Below, in pieces: positions 48,358-58,247 of a stretch of 64,000 bases of DNA. The position numbers and the translations under genes are program-made. Every line of letters starts with the position of its first letter. Positions within the stretch are counted from its first letter, which is position 1. The stretch comes from Winogradskyella sp. (GTDB lineage: Bacteria > Fidelibacterota > Marinisomatia > Marinisomatales > AB-629-J13), in the NCBI GenBank assembly GCA_964230865.1, contig CAXRJK010000110.1, forward strand, positions 391 through 64,390. Reading direction: 5' to 3'. Under the pieces are notes generated by a model. The model had not been told where the DNA came from, did not search any database, and saw only the letters and a list, made by a program, of their open reading frames with translations.

Positions 48358-48549
48358 GGTGAAAATTACTTCTGTGTTGCTATTCTATTTTCTAAGAAAA
48401 ATTATTTAGAATTAAACTTTTCTAATAAAACATTAATTAATCGATAGAGACAAACTCATATAATATTTTCATATTTACTATTTAAATATTGATGGTGTTC
48501 AATAAAATCTTTCCCTTGCAGAAAATAAAATAACCCTCTATCTTTAGAT

Positions 48550-49401
48550 ATGAAGTTTTTGAAAAAACCTCTATTACTAGTATTATCAGTACTGGTTTCA
48601 GCTACACTAGCTCAGTATGGAAACATTCAGGTATCTTTCGATGATAGGCTTTTAAAGGGTAATGAACGTCAAATACTGCTTTCTCTTGATTCAGAATTAA
48701 TGCGGTTTTATAAAAACACTAACTGGGATAGTGAATTTTCTGATTTATCCATTCCCCTATCTATCCATATAGTATTTGAAGGGGTTGCCCCAAAGGGAGC
48801 CGTACAGACAGTTTTAGCACAAGCTCTGTTTACATCAGGTAATGACCAGCGATATTATGATAGCGGTGTCCAATTTATCTATAATGATGCAGGAAGTATT
48901 TATTTTGACCCTGTTCTGTTTGACCCTATGTCCAGTTTTTTTGCTTTTTATGGTTACCTTATTTTAGCTTCTGAAATTGATACTTATATTCCCATGGGAG
49001 GAAATTCTCATTATGAAACAGCTAGAAATATTGCTATTAGAGGTAATTCGTCTGATTATTCCCGTGGCTGGAAAGACCGCCTCCAGCTTAGTGATATAAT
49101 ATCAGAAAACTTTGGTTTAAGGAAGGCTAAATTTGCATATTATTATGCTTTGGAATTACTTCAAGATGGAAAGCTGGAGCGATCTGTTGAGGAATTTAAC
49201 AATATGATTTCAGGGCTGGATGAGGTGTATGACAGATTTCCACGGGAAAGATACACTCTCTATTTTTTGAATAACCACGCCAAAACTCTGGCGAACTCTT
49301 TGTCAATGTTGGGGAGGGATAAAATTCTTCAAACCCTTAAAGAATTAGACTCTGACAATGAGGAGATTTATGATTCTGCTTTTGTAAAAATTTCACGGTA
49401 A
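48550..49401 (+). CDS. Secreted DUF4835-like protein
   Basis: Signal peptide MKFLKKPLLLVLSVLVSATLAQ. The block MSSFFAFYGYLILASEIDTY resembles the DUF4835 family of Bacteroidota, from memory. Confidence 0.45.
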   Translation: MKFLKKPLLLVLSVLVSATLAQYGNIQVSFDDRLLKGNERQILLSLDSELMRFYKNTNWDSEFSDLSIPLSIHIVFEGVAPKGAVQTVLAQALFTSGNDQRYYDSGVQFIYNDAGSIYFDPVLFDPMSSFFAFYGYLILASEIDTYIPMGGNSHYETARNIAIRGNSSDYSRGWKDRLQLSDIISENFGLRKAKFAYYYALELLQDGKLERSVEEFNNMISGLDEVYDRFPRERYTLYFLNNHAKTLANSLSMLGRDKILQTLKELDSDNEEIYDSAFVKISR

Positions 49402-50456
49402 GTTTTTTTCCCCAGTATATAGTGTTCCAATACTACACTGCCCTTAAATAGTTTTTTTATAATTTCACTTTCTTTTCCAGCTTTTAAAGATTTACTTTTT
49501 CTCCGTTTTTTGATAATTAGGTGAGGATGAAATAACAGCCAAAATAACGCCATGAATATTGCTGCCATATGTCTCCAATCAAATTTTGATAGTGAATATA
49601 TAAAAGCGATATTTTCAAGAATGATACGAATAGGTAAAAGATAAATAGCTAAGGGGAAGGAAAAATTACCGCACAACATATAAAGAGAATTTCGGTGATT
49701 TAAATAATATTTTTTGAGTGTATACATAGGAAGGCTTACTGCATTTTTATGATAGACAACACTTTTAGGTTCTACCCACACATTATATCCCAGCATCTGT
49801 AGTCTCCAACAGAGGTCAATCTCTTCCATATGAGCGAAAAAGGTTTTATCAAACTTTCCAGCTTTAATAAAAAGATTTTTTCTCACAATCATAGCTGTAC
49901 CTGAAGTCCAAAAGATTTTTTCTGGATTGTCATACTGCCCCTTATCTAATTCCTGTTCAAGAAAAAGACGCCCCCTTGCAAAGGGAAAACACAGAATATC
50001 CATGTGCCCTCCTGAACCTCCTGCATAATCAAATAAATTCTTCTGGTAATAATTAAGTATCTTTGGCTGAACTGCGGCAGCAGATTTATTTTCATCTAGA
50101 TGATTCACTAATGGCTCAATCCATCCCTCTTCATGAGTTGTATCATTATTTAAAAACAGTAGATATTTTCCGCTAGCTTTACTTACTCCTATGTTGCAAC
50201 CTTCTGCATACCCATTATTTATCTGGTTTTCTATAAGAATTATTTCGGGGAATTGTTCTTTGATTTTCTGAGAGCTATTGTCTTCTGATGCATTATCAAC
50301 AACAATAATTTCGTAATTTGGATATGAGCACTTTTTTATCGATAGCAGGCACTCTTCTAAGATCGGAAAATTGTTCCAGTGAGGGATTATTATAGAAACA
50401 AGGGGGTATGTATCAGATGATCTCATTTGAAAAAGTTGTGTATAGCTTTGAGACAC
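49368..50456 (-). CDS. Family-2 glycosyltransferase with C-terminal membrane anchor
   Basis: GT-A motifs are present: SIIIPHWN, VDNASEDNS, FLNNDT, and an acceptor-side EEIDLCWR. Two hydrophobic helices lie at the C-terminus (FSFPLAIYLLPIRIIL, AAIFMALFWLLF). Confidence 0.8.
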   Translation of the reverse strand: MSQSYTQLFQMRSSDTYPLVSIIIPHWNNFPILEECLLSIKKCSYPNYEIIVVDNASEDNSSQKIKEQFPEIILIENQINNGYAEGCNIGVSKASGKYLLFLNNDTTHEEGWIEPLVNHLDENKSAAAVQPKILNYYQKNLFDYAGGSGGHMDILCFPFARGRLFLEQELDKGQYDNPEKIFWTSGTAMIVRKNLFIKAGKFDKTFFAHMEEIDLCWRLQMLGYNVWVEPKSVVYHKNAVSLPMYTLKKYYLNHRNSLYMLCGNFSFPLAIYLLPIRIILENIAFIYSLSKFDWRHMAAIFMALFWLLFHPHLIIKKRRKSKSLKAGKESEIIKKLFKGSVVLEHYILGKKTYREIFTKAES

Positions 50457-50485
50457 AGAAGAAAATATCTTCCGGAATTACACAT

Positions 50486-53401
50486 TTAATTTTTCAAATC
50501 ATCCAGCATTTTACGGGCAGTATTATCTGTAGGATTTCGGCTGATCCAGCCACTCAGCACTTCTTCAGCTTTTGAATCCTCTCCTGCTCCCTGATAAGCC
50601 AAAATAAGAGATGAAATAATTTCTGGATAAGTAGATTCCCACTTTTTCCAAGATTTTTTAGAAATACTGTTAGGATTTTTACGATGTGATTCTTCTAGAC
50701 TTAGATAGTGACTATTTAGCTCTTCAAAGATTTCGATAGCTTTTTCAAAGTCTTTTATATCCTGCATATAAATTTGACCAAACTGAATTTTATCATCCAA
50801 AGTAACTCTTTCCTTGGAAGTTAGGTGATCTAAGATAGACCGAAATTTATCTTTTTCACCAACCTGGCTATATATTTGCCCAATTTGAAAGTACAGGTCG
50901 TTGGATTGTATTGGAATAGTTTCCTCTGGAATATTATATGCCATTCTATCTAACACCTCCAACACTGTCATTCTTTCTACTTCTGCAGAAACCTCACTTC
51001 CTTCCTTAAGCTTCAAATCTTGGTAATTAAAATAATGGTGAACCGCTAACTGAAGATATGCACTACGATAATTTTGAAGCAGACGAATGATTTGATCATT
51101 ATAGTGAACATTTTTGTTCATAAGGTTTCGAAATAAATACCCTGGCTGATAATCATACGACCAGCCGAGTGCAGCTGGATTAATAGCTGTCGGAGAATAA
51201 TCATGGAACCATGTAGAATCACCTAATACTGTCATCAGATTTTTATACATTTTTTCAGGGTTAATGTTTTCCACCTTCTTGTTATTTAATTTGAATGTAA
51301 GCCCTTCCATTGATAAATAATTATCCAATCCAATTTTATTGGAAGGAGAAACAGTTACAGCGAAATATATAGGGAATTTCCATTTTGAATCACTAATAAT
51401 CTGCATAATCATTATATCTTGAACTTTCAGCGCCTGCCCTGCATAAGTAGGTTTTACCTTCCATGTGATTTGCTCTTCCGTTCCATGTGGCAGAGTAACA
51501 TTTCTTGTTTTCCACGGGGCAAGCCTTGTAGCAATCCTGTCTATATCTTCATCTCCAAGAAAAATAAATTGCTTTTCTTTTGGCCTCAAATCTCTCAACT
51601 GCTTGATATACCAGGCAGTATTAAGCAGGCTTAAATTTACAACGGTAACATCTTTTCGGACGTTTTCCACTTCCTGCAAATACCATAATGGGAATGTATC
51701 ATTATCTCCATTAGTAAAAATAATCCCATCCTGCTCACAGGACTGTAGCATATTATAGCTCATATCCCAGGCGACATAATTTCCACTACGGTCATGTTCA
51801 TGGTAATTTGCTCGAAGCATAACAAATGGAACCAATATCAATTGAATTCCGATTACAAAATAGGTTAAGTGATGTCTCCAGGGTTGAGCTTTAAAATATT
51901 GGTTACACTTTTCTAAAATAGCTGACCCACCGATACCAACCCATACAGCAAAAGCCAGAAAACTTCCCACATAGGAATAATCTCTTTCACGAGGTTGTGG
52001 GTTATCTTGATTTAAATAAATTATAATAGCAATTCCTGTCATAAAAAATAAGGTAAAAAGAGAAAACGCCTGTTTTTCATCACGATAAAAGTGATAGAAC
52101 ATTCCACCGATACCTAATAAAAAGGCAAGGGGGAACCCAAACTGGGTCCAATCTACACCATCCTCTCTGGAATTTGCCCCCATTGGGGATACTGTTGAAT
52201 CTACTGAGGGCCCCCTACCGGCAAATTGCCAAAGAAAATATCTCCAGTACATTTTTTTGACCTGATAATTCCAAAAATAAGACCACTGTTTATCCATATT
52301 GTACAGCATATATTTCCGGTTTTGAGACGCTGAATAATCGTAGTTACTGTTAGGGCTTCCCACAACTTCATGTTTTGCAGGTAGCCCTTTGTATCTTCTT
52401 GGGAATCGTCCTACTGCACCATATTGTTCTCGTTCTAGATAGGAAATTGCAGCAGCTATGGTCTCTGGATCATTTTCATCAATGACAGGGTCCTGTCCCG
52501 AGCGAATGAAAATAATCGAATAACTCGAATATCCTATAAGGATTAGTACCATAGATGTAAAGACCGTGGACAGCAATTTCCTTTTCTCTCTAATGGCCCA
52601 AATCATTGCTCCAAAAATAATTAACACTGTGATGCAGACCCCCGTGAGCCCAACTAAAACCGCCAACTTTGGCAACCCTTTTATTATGCCATTATGAATA
52701 ATAAGAAAAGTAAATCCTGTAATGCCTGTTGTAATAAGAAAGGTTTTCCAATCGAAGGGCAGCTTCTTAAAATAAATAATCAATGCGATAAACGGTAAAG
52801 CGAGCAAGTTTAATATATGCACGCCGGTGGCGAGTCCTAGTATATATGCAATTATTAAAATGTATCGTTCGTTCCCTGGCTCATCAGCTCGTTCTGCCCA
52901 GTGGAGAATAAGCCATGCAACAATAACAGTAAAAAAAGTACTCATGGCATACACTTCAGCCTCAACGGCATTGAACCAATGGCTGTCTGTAAATGCAAAT
53001 GTAAGAGAGCCAATAAGAGCTCCACCAAACGCAATTGAAGCATCAGAAATTTTATTTATTCCTCCTCTCCAATGTGAAACAAATTTAACTATAATTAGAT
53101 AAAGGAGCATCACTGCCAAAGCGCTCACTAGTGGTGAAATTAAATTTACACGAAAGGCAATGTCATCACTAAACGGAAGCATAGAAAAAATCCGCCCTAT
53201 GATTAGGTAAAGGGGACTACCGGGTGGATGTGGCACCCCCAGCGTATAAGAGGTAGCAATGAACTCACCGCAATCCCAAAATGATACAGTTGGAGCCATT
53301 GTTAGGTAATAGACAAAAAAGGAAAAAACCAGCACAAAGCCAGCCAAAATCCTATTCCATTTAATCCAAGGGTAAGCTATCATGTCTGTTCCTCTGAACA
53401 T
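50486..53401 (-). CDS. DUF2723/TMEM260-like GT-C-fold membrane glycosyltransferase with C-terminal TPR-like region
   Basis: The N-terminal block SFWDCGEFIATSYTLGVPHPPGSPLY parallels the GDSGE...LGVAHPPGYPL block of TMEM260/DUF2723. About 11+ TM helices occupy the first ~520 aa, followed by a large soluble C-terminal half ending in TPR-like helices. An alternative start at ATG 53383 makes an ATGA overlap with the upstream stop. Confidence 0.7.
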   Translation of the reverse strand: MFRGTDMIAYPWIKWNRILAGFVLVFSFFVYYLTMAPTVSFWDCGEFIATSYTLGVPHPPGSPLYLIIGRIFSMLPFSDDIAFRVNLISPLVSALAVMLLYLIIVKFVSHWRGGINKISDASIAFGGALIGSLTFAFTDSHWFNAVEAEVYAMSTFFTVIVAWLILHWAERADEPGNERYILIIAYILGLATGVHILNLLALPFIALIIYFKKLPFDWKTFLITTGITGFTFLIIHNGIIKGLPKLAVLVGLTGVCITVLIIFGAMIWAIREKRKLLSTVFTSMVLILIGYSSYSIIFIRSGQDPVIDENDPETIAAAISYLEREQYGAVGRFPRRYKGLPAKHEVVGSPNSNYDYSASQNRKYMLYNMDKQWSYFWNYQVKKMYWRYFLWQFAGRGPSVDSTVSPMGANSREDGVDWTQFGFPLAFLLGIGGMFYHFYRDEKQAFSLFTLFFMTGIAIIIYLNQDNPQPRERDYSYVGSFLAFAVWVGIGGSAILEKCNQYFKAQPWRHHLTYFVIGIQLILVPFVMLRANYHEHDRSGNYVAWDMSYNMLQSCEQDGIIFTNGDNDTFPLWYLQEVENVRKDVTVVNLSLLNTAWYIKQLRDLRPKEKQFIFLGDEDIDRIATRLAPWKTRNVTLPHGTEEQITWKVKPTYAGQALKVQDIMIMQIISDSKWKFPIYFAVTVSPSNKIGLDNYLSMEGLTFKLNNKKVENINPEKMYKNLMTVLGDSTWFHDYSPTAINPAALGWSYDYQPGYLFRNLMNKNVHYNDQIIRLLQNYRSAYLQLAVHHYFNYQDLKLKEGSEVSAEVERMTVLEVLDRMAYNIPEETIPIQSNDLYFQIGQIYSQVGEKDKFRSILDHLTSKERVTLDDKIQFGQIYMQDIKDFEKAIEIFEELNSHYLSLEESHRKNPNSISKKSWKKWESTYPEIISSLILAYQGAGEDSKAEEVLSGWISRNPTDNTARKMLDDLKN

Positions 53402-53769
53402 TTAGGGTTTTCATTTTCTGTTGATTTTTCCTGACTGTCTTTATTTGTTTCAATATTTTCACTCGCAGAAGTGGAGAATTTTTCTTCCTCAGAGCTTTCT
53501 GTTTGTGACTTTTCGTTAATGTAGTTCGATTTTAATTCGCTCAGGATTTGACTTAAATATTGATCTTCATTATCAGATAAATTTCCATCCATTCTTTTGT
53601 ATAACATATCAACCATATCAATATTCATTGAAGCACCTTGTATATCCTTTTCAACTTTATCTGTAATAGGATTTTTTATTTTACCAAGCGATATCCATGT
53701 TGAGTGAACCAACGAAGATATAAGCTGGTCAAACAGCTGTTGTTCTGTCAATTTACTTTCTAAAGGCAT
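53380..53769 (-). CDS. DUF1844-like small acidic protein
   Basis: The block FDQLISSLVHSTWISLGKIKNPITDKVEKDIQGASMNIDMVDMLYKRMDGNLS resembles the DUF1844 core (LG...P.TG....DL..A...ID.L..L..KT.GNL). It has an acidic C-terminal tail. Confidence 0.55.
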   Translation of the reverse strand: MPLESKLTEQQLFDQLISSLVHSTWISLGKIKNPITDKVEKDIQGASMNIDMVDMLYKRMDGNLSDNEDQYLSQILSELKSNYINEKSQTESSEEEKFSTSASENIETNKDSQEKSTENENPKCSEEQT

Positions 53770-54031
53770 TTACAATTCCATACGTATAAAAAGAATAATG
53801 GTTTCACAGATTTCAAAGAAATTCTTTGATAAAATCAGGCCAAGAATTTAATTGTTTCCAATCATTTGGTATAAAGGGAATATTTATATTATACACTTCC
53901 ATTATATTTTTTTATAATACTCAAATTCAACACAAAATTCCCTCAAAACTAACAGCGCTATCGGGTTAATTTTGACACTATATTTGTTTTATTATGATGA
54001 ATGTTTACTAAAGATATTAAAATAGAAAAAT

Positions 54032-54730
54032 ATGAAAATTGGTGTTATACCAGCAAGGCTTCACTCAACACGTCTGCCAGAAAAAATTCTGCTTCCCATA
54101 GCGGGAGTTCCTATGATTGTAAGGGTGTATCAACAAGCCGTAAGGGCTAAGTCGCTGAATAAGGTCATTGTTGCTATTGATGATAAAAAAACGGAGAAAG
54201 TATTGAACCGATATGGTATAAGCGGGATAATGACAGGTAAACACCATTCGTCCGGGACAGACAGGGCTGCAGAAGCTGTTCGAAACGAAGATGCTAAAGT
54301 TATAGTAAATATTCAGGGTGATGAACCTGAAATAGAACCAGAACTAATTGATGAAATCGTTGATTTGTGTGAAGAAAAAAATACTGAAATCGCGACTGCA
54401 GCCTCTACAGAACTGAGATCTGATGAGATTTTAGATAGGGATGTGGTTAAGGTTAAGATAAATAAAAAAAACTTTGCTACATCCTTTCTTAGACGACCGT
54501 TTTCAGAAAAGGAGATTTTTCGTCATATTGGTATTTACGGCTTCAAGAAAAATATTTTAGATACATTTACCTCCCTCCCCCCTTCAAAAAACGAGGTAAA
54601 TCAAAAATTAGAACAATACAGAGCTTTGGACAATGGAATTAATATACGCATTTTGGTTACAGACTATAGGGGCCGTGGTGTGGACACAATGATGGATCTA
54701 AAACGAATGGAACTAAAATATGCCTCGTAA
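54032..54730 (+). CDS. kdsB: 3-deoxy-manno-octulosonate cytidylyltransferase (CMP-Kdo synthetase)
   Basis: IPARLHSTRLPEKIL, GVPMIVRV and NIQGDEP motifs. Confidence 0.9.
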   Translation: MKIGVIPARLHSTRLPEKILLPIAGVPMIVRVYQQAVRAKSLNKVIVAIDDKKTEKVLNRYGISGIMTGKHHSSGTDRAAEAVRNEDAKVIVNIQGDEPEIEPELIDEIVDLCEEKNTEIATAASTELRSDEILDRDVVKVKINKKNFATSFLRRPFSEKEIFRHIGIYGFKKNILDTFTSLPPSKNEVNQKLEQYRALDNGINIRILVTDYRGRGVDTMMDLKRMELKYAS

Positions 54731-56348
54731 ACCAGTGAAATATATTTTTGTTCTTGGAGGAGTTATGTCTGGCCTTGGGAAAGGCATTGCTGCATCTTCG
54801 ATTGGGTACCTCTTAAAAAGCGCTGAAATGAAGGTCACAATTTTAAAATTAGATCCATACCTTAATATAGATCCCGGCACAATGAATCCATATCAACATG
54901 GAGAAGTTTTTGTGTTGGATGATGGCTCAGAAACTGACTTGGACCTAGGGCATTATGAACGTTTTATTGATGTGAACATGGCAAAACAAAACAATGCAAC
55001 TGCAGGGCAAATATATAGCACAGTCTTGGACAGAGAGAGAGCGGGAGATTATCTTGGGGAAACTGTGCAGGTAATTCCTCACATAACGGATGAGATTAAA
55101 ACAAGGATCATTGATGTAAACACACCCAAAAAATTTAATATTGTTATTTGTGAAGTAGGAGGAACTGTAGGAGATATTGAAAGTCTTCCCTTTATGGAAG
55201 CTATTCGGCAACTATCAGTAAAGGTTGGATACCACAACCACATGATTGTTCATGTTACTTTGTTGCCCTCAATTAGAGCAAGTATGGAGGTTAAGACAAA
55301 GCCTACTCAGCATTCAGTAATGAAGTTAAGAGAAATAGGTCTAAGTCCGGATCTAATCCTGTGCCGCTCTGAAGTTCGGATAGAAAAATCTGTAAAAGAA
55401 AAGATTGCTCTTTTTTGTAATGTTAATTCAGCCCACGTTATTGAAGGTCGGGACGTGAAAAGTATTTATGAAGTCCCCCTGCTTTTGAACAAACAGAAAG
55501 TAGGAGAATTGATATCTAAACGTCTGGAGTTATCTGGGACTCCAGACGTTTCAGCAATGAAAAACTTTGTTCATCATTATAAAAATCCAGCTCACAGTGT
55601 AACTATTTCAATGTGTGGTAAATATACAGAGCTTCCAGATGCGTATAAAAGTGTTTTGGAAGCATTTATACATGCGGGAGTAGAAAATGATGCAGGGGTT
55701 AACATTAATTGGGTATCAGTAGAAAATATTCATACCCTGGAACAATGTGAAAAATCATTTCACCCTGTTGATGGAATTCTTTTACTTCCAGGTTTTGGAA
55801 AACGAGGATCAGAAGGAAAAATGTTGACATGTCAATATGCTAGAGAACAGAAAGTCCCTTTTTTAGGAATATGCCTTGGGCTTCAGTGTGCTGTTATAGA
55901 ATTTGCAAGAACGGTTTGTTGTTTGGAGGGTGCAAATAGTACTGAGTTTTCTCCCAAAACACCTCACCCGGTAATAGACCTAATGGAATCCCAAAGAATG
56001 ATAAAAAGGAAAGGCGGTACCATGAGATTGGGGGCATATAACTGTGAATTGAAAATAGATAGTAAGGTATACAATGAATACGGTATGAAAAAAATATCAG
56101 AACGCCACCGTCACAGATGGGAGGTAAACAACCGCTATCGCACAAAGCTAGAAAAAGCAGGGCTTATTTTTTCTGGAATAAACCCAGAATTAAACTTGGT
56201 GGAAATAATAGAGCTGAAAAATCATCCATGGTTTGTGGGCTGCCAATACCATCCCGAATTAAAAAGTAGGGCCTTGAAAGCACACCCACTGTTTCGCGGA
56301 TTCATTAGAGCTGCCGTTAGCCAGAGCAAAGGAGAATTTACAGTATGA
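54720..56348 (+). CDS. pyrG: CTP synthase
   Basis: N-terminal GGVMSGLGKGIAASS, and a GATase domain with GICLGLQ plus the HRHRWEVN/YHPE region. It overlaps kdsB by 11 nt. Confidence 0.95.
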   Translation: MPRKPVKYIFVLGGVMSGLGKGIAASSIGYLLKSAEMKVTILKLDPYLNIDPGTMNPYQHGEVFVLDDGSETDLDLGHYERFIDVNMAKQNNATAGQIYSTVLDRERAGDYLGETVQVIPHITDEIKTRIIDVNTPKKFNIVICEVGGTVGDIESLPFMEAIRQLSVKVGYHNHMIVHVTLLPSIRASMEVKTKPTQHSVMKLREIGLSPDLILCRSEVRIEKSVKEKIALFCNVNSAHVIEGRDVKSIYEVPLLLNKQKVGELISKRLELSGTPDVSAMKNFVHHYKNPAHSVTISMCGKYTELPDAYKSVLEAFIHAGVENDAGVNINWVSVENIHTLEQCEKSFHPVDGILLLPGFGKRGSEGKMLTCQYAREQKVPFLGICLGLQCAVIEFARTVCCLEGANSTEFSPKTPHPVIDLMESQRMIKRKGGTMRLGAYNCELKIDSKVYNEYGMKKISERHRHRWEVNNRYRTKLEKAGLIFSGINPELNLVEIIELKNHPWFVGCQYHPELKSRALKAHPLFRGFIRAAVSQSKGEFTV

Positions 56349-57160
56349 TAAATCCTGTAGTTATAGATAGGATAAAATTTGATAGTAACACACTACCAAT
56401 TATTGCAGGCCCTTGTGTTATTGAGAGTAGAGAGCACTGCCTTAGGATGGCTGAATCCATCTTAGAAATAACACAGAAACTTGACCTACCCTATATTTTT
56501 AAAAGTTCTTATGATAAGGCAAACCGGACATCCATAAAATCCTTCAGAGGACCGGGATTGGAAGAAGGACTTCAAGTTCTTCAGGATGTCAAATCAGAAG
56601 TTGGCGTTCCGGTTTTGACAGATATTCACCACCCAAGCCAGGCTGCTAGAGTAGCAGAAGTTGCAGATATTATGCAGATTCCTGCATTTCTGTGCAGACA
56701 AACAGATTTACTCTTAGCTGCCGGAAATTCCGGGCGTACAATCAATATAAAAAAAGGGCAATTTGTTGCACCATGGAAAATGGAATCGATAGTTCAGAAA
56801 ATTGAATCTACTGGTAATAAAAATATTTTATTAACAGAAAGGGGAACTACTTTTGGTTATGATAATCTGGTAACAGATGTCCGATCAATCAGTATGATGC
56901 AGAAAACTGGATATCCTGTGATTTTCGATGCAACCCATAGCGCTCAAGTTCCAGGGAAATCTGGAGGTGTAACCGGAGGTATGAGAGAATTTATACCAGT
57001 TCTTGCCCGCGCTGCTACAGCAGCAGGTTGTAACGGATTATTTTTGGAGGTTCATGATAATGTGAATAAGGCAAAATCAGACGCAGCAACTCAGTGGCCC
57101 TTGGATAAACTTTACGATCTTTTAGCAGTAATAAAACAAATCCATAATTCATTGTATTAA
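56345..57160 (+). CDS. kdsA: 2-dehydro-3-deoxyphosphooctonate aldolase (Kdo8P synthase)
   Basis: AGPCVIES, FKSSYDKANRTS and DATHSAQ motifs. ATGA overlap with pyrG. Confidence 0.9.
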   Translation: MINPVVIDRIKFDSNTLPIIAGPCVIESREHCLRMAESILEITQKLDLPYIFKSSYDKANRTSIKSFRGPGLEEGLQVLQDVKSEVGVPVLTDIHHPSQAARVAEVADIMQIPAFLCRQTDLLLAAGNSGRTINIKKGQFVAPWKMESIVQKIESTGNKNILLTERGTTFGYDNLVTDVRSISMMQKTGYPVIFDATHSAQVPGKSGGVTGGMREFIPVLARAATAAGCNGLFLEVHDNVNKAKSDAATQWPLDKLYDLLAVIKQIHNSLY

Positions 57161-57696
57161 TGATGAAAGAATCTCTTAATAAGATTAAGCTAATTATTTC
57201 TGATGTAGATGGAGTTCTGACAGATGGAACCATATTAAAAGGGTCTGAAAATATAGAGTTTAAACGGTTTTGTGTTCAGGATGGGACCGCGGTGGTTATG
57301 GCTAAAACTGCTGGCTATTTACTCGCATTCATTTCAGGGAGATATTCGCAGGCAACAGAGGCTAGATTAAAGGAGCTAAAAGTTTCAGATATTTATAACG
57401 GAACATTGAATAAGCTTATTCCATATGAACTACTGAAAGAGAAATATAATTTAATAGATGAGGAAATTGCTTATATCGGAGATGATTTGATTGATATACC
57501 AGTGATGGAAAAAGTAGGACTGCCAGTGGCAGTTCAGAATGCATATCCACAAGTAAAAGAAAAAGCAAAGTACGTTACGAAAGCCTACGGAGGTGTAGGC
57601 GCTTATAGAGAATTTATAGATTGGATTTTAATGAAATCCGGCAAATATAATCAATGTTTGGAAGAATTGAAAGTAAAGATGATGAATGAATCATAA
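57160..57696 (+). CDS. kdsC: Kdo8P phosphatase (HAD superfamily)
   Basis: HAD motif I DVDGVLTDG and motif IV GDDLID. Length is 178 aa. Confidence 0.85.
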   Translation: MMKESLNKIKLIISDVDGVLTDGTILKGSENIEFKRFCVQDGTAVVMAKTAGYLLAFISGRYSQATEARLKELKVSDIYNGTLNKLIPYELLKEKYNLIDEEIAYIGDDLIDIPVMEKVGLPVAVQNAYPQVKEKAKYVTKAYGGVGAYREFIDWILMKSGKYNQCLEELKVKMMNES

Positions 57697-58247
57697 TGAT
57701 GTCTAAATATTTAATGAAAACTTTAATTTGTATAATACCATTAGTTTTTTCCGCTTGTGTGTCAAATACTACGGTCGAGGAATATGAACAAAAACGATCG
57801 AATAGGCCTGACCAAGAAAGCTGGGATATAACTATTACTATGACAAACGAAGGGTTAGTACGGGCAGTAGTCCAGTCGGGATATTTAAAGAAGTTTCAGC
57901 AAAGAAGTTTCATCTTTCTAGAAGATAGCGTTTCAGTCGATTTTTACAATGATTCAGAAGTTCATACAACCCATCTTACATCTATCAAGGCAGAAATAAA
58001 TGAAAAAAGTAATTTTATGCGCGCTATGCATTCAGTTGTAGTTAAGTCAGATAGCGGAGCTACTCTTTTCACAGATACCCTAACATGGAATCATTCAGCA
58101 CAACGAATATTTACAGATGATACTGTTATGGTAGTAACGGAGAAAAAGGACACACTAAACGGAGTAGGCTTTGAATCTGATATAGAGATGAAGTACTGGA
58201 AAATTCTGAAACCATCCGGGGTTACAGAAAGGATAATTGATGGCTGA
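57696..58247 (+). CDS. lptC: LptC-like periplasmic/lipoprotein component of LPS export
   Basis: Lipobox-like LVFSAC, about 180 aa and beta-rich. The position between kdsC and lptB is the canonical lptC slot. The sequence itself is only weakly diagnostic. Confidence 0.5.
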   Translation: MMSKYLMKTLICIIPLVFSACVSNTTVEEYEQKRSNRPDQESWDITITMTNEGLVRAVVQSGYLKKFQQRSFIFLEDSVSVDFYNDSEVHTTHLTSIKAEINEKSNFMRAMHSVVVKSDSGATLFTDTLTWNHSAQRIFTDDTVMVVTEKKDTLNGVGFESDIEMKYWKILKPSGVTERIIDG

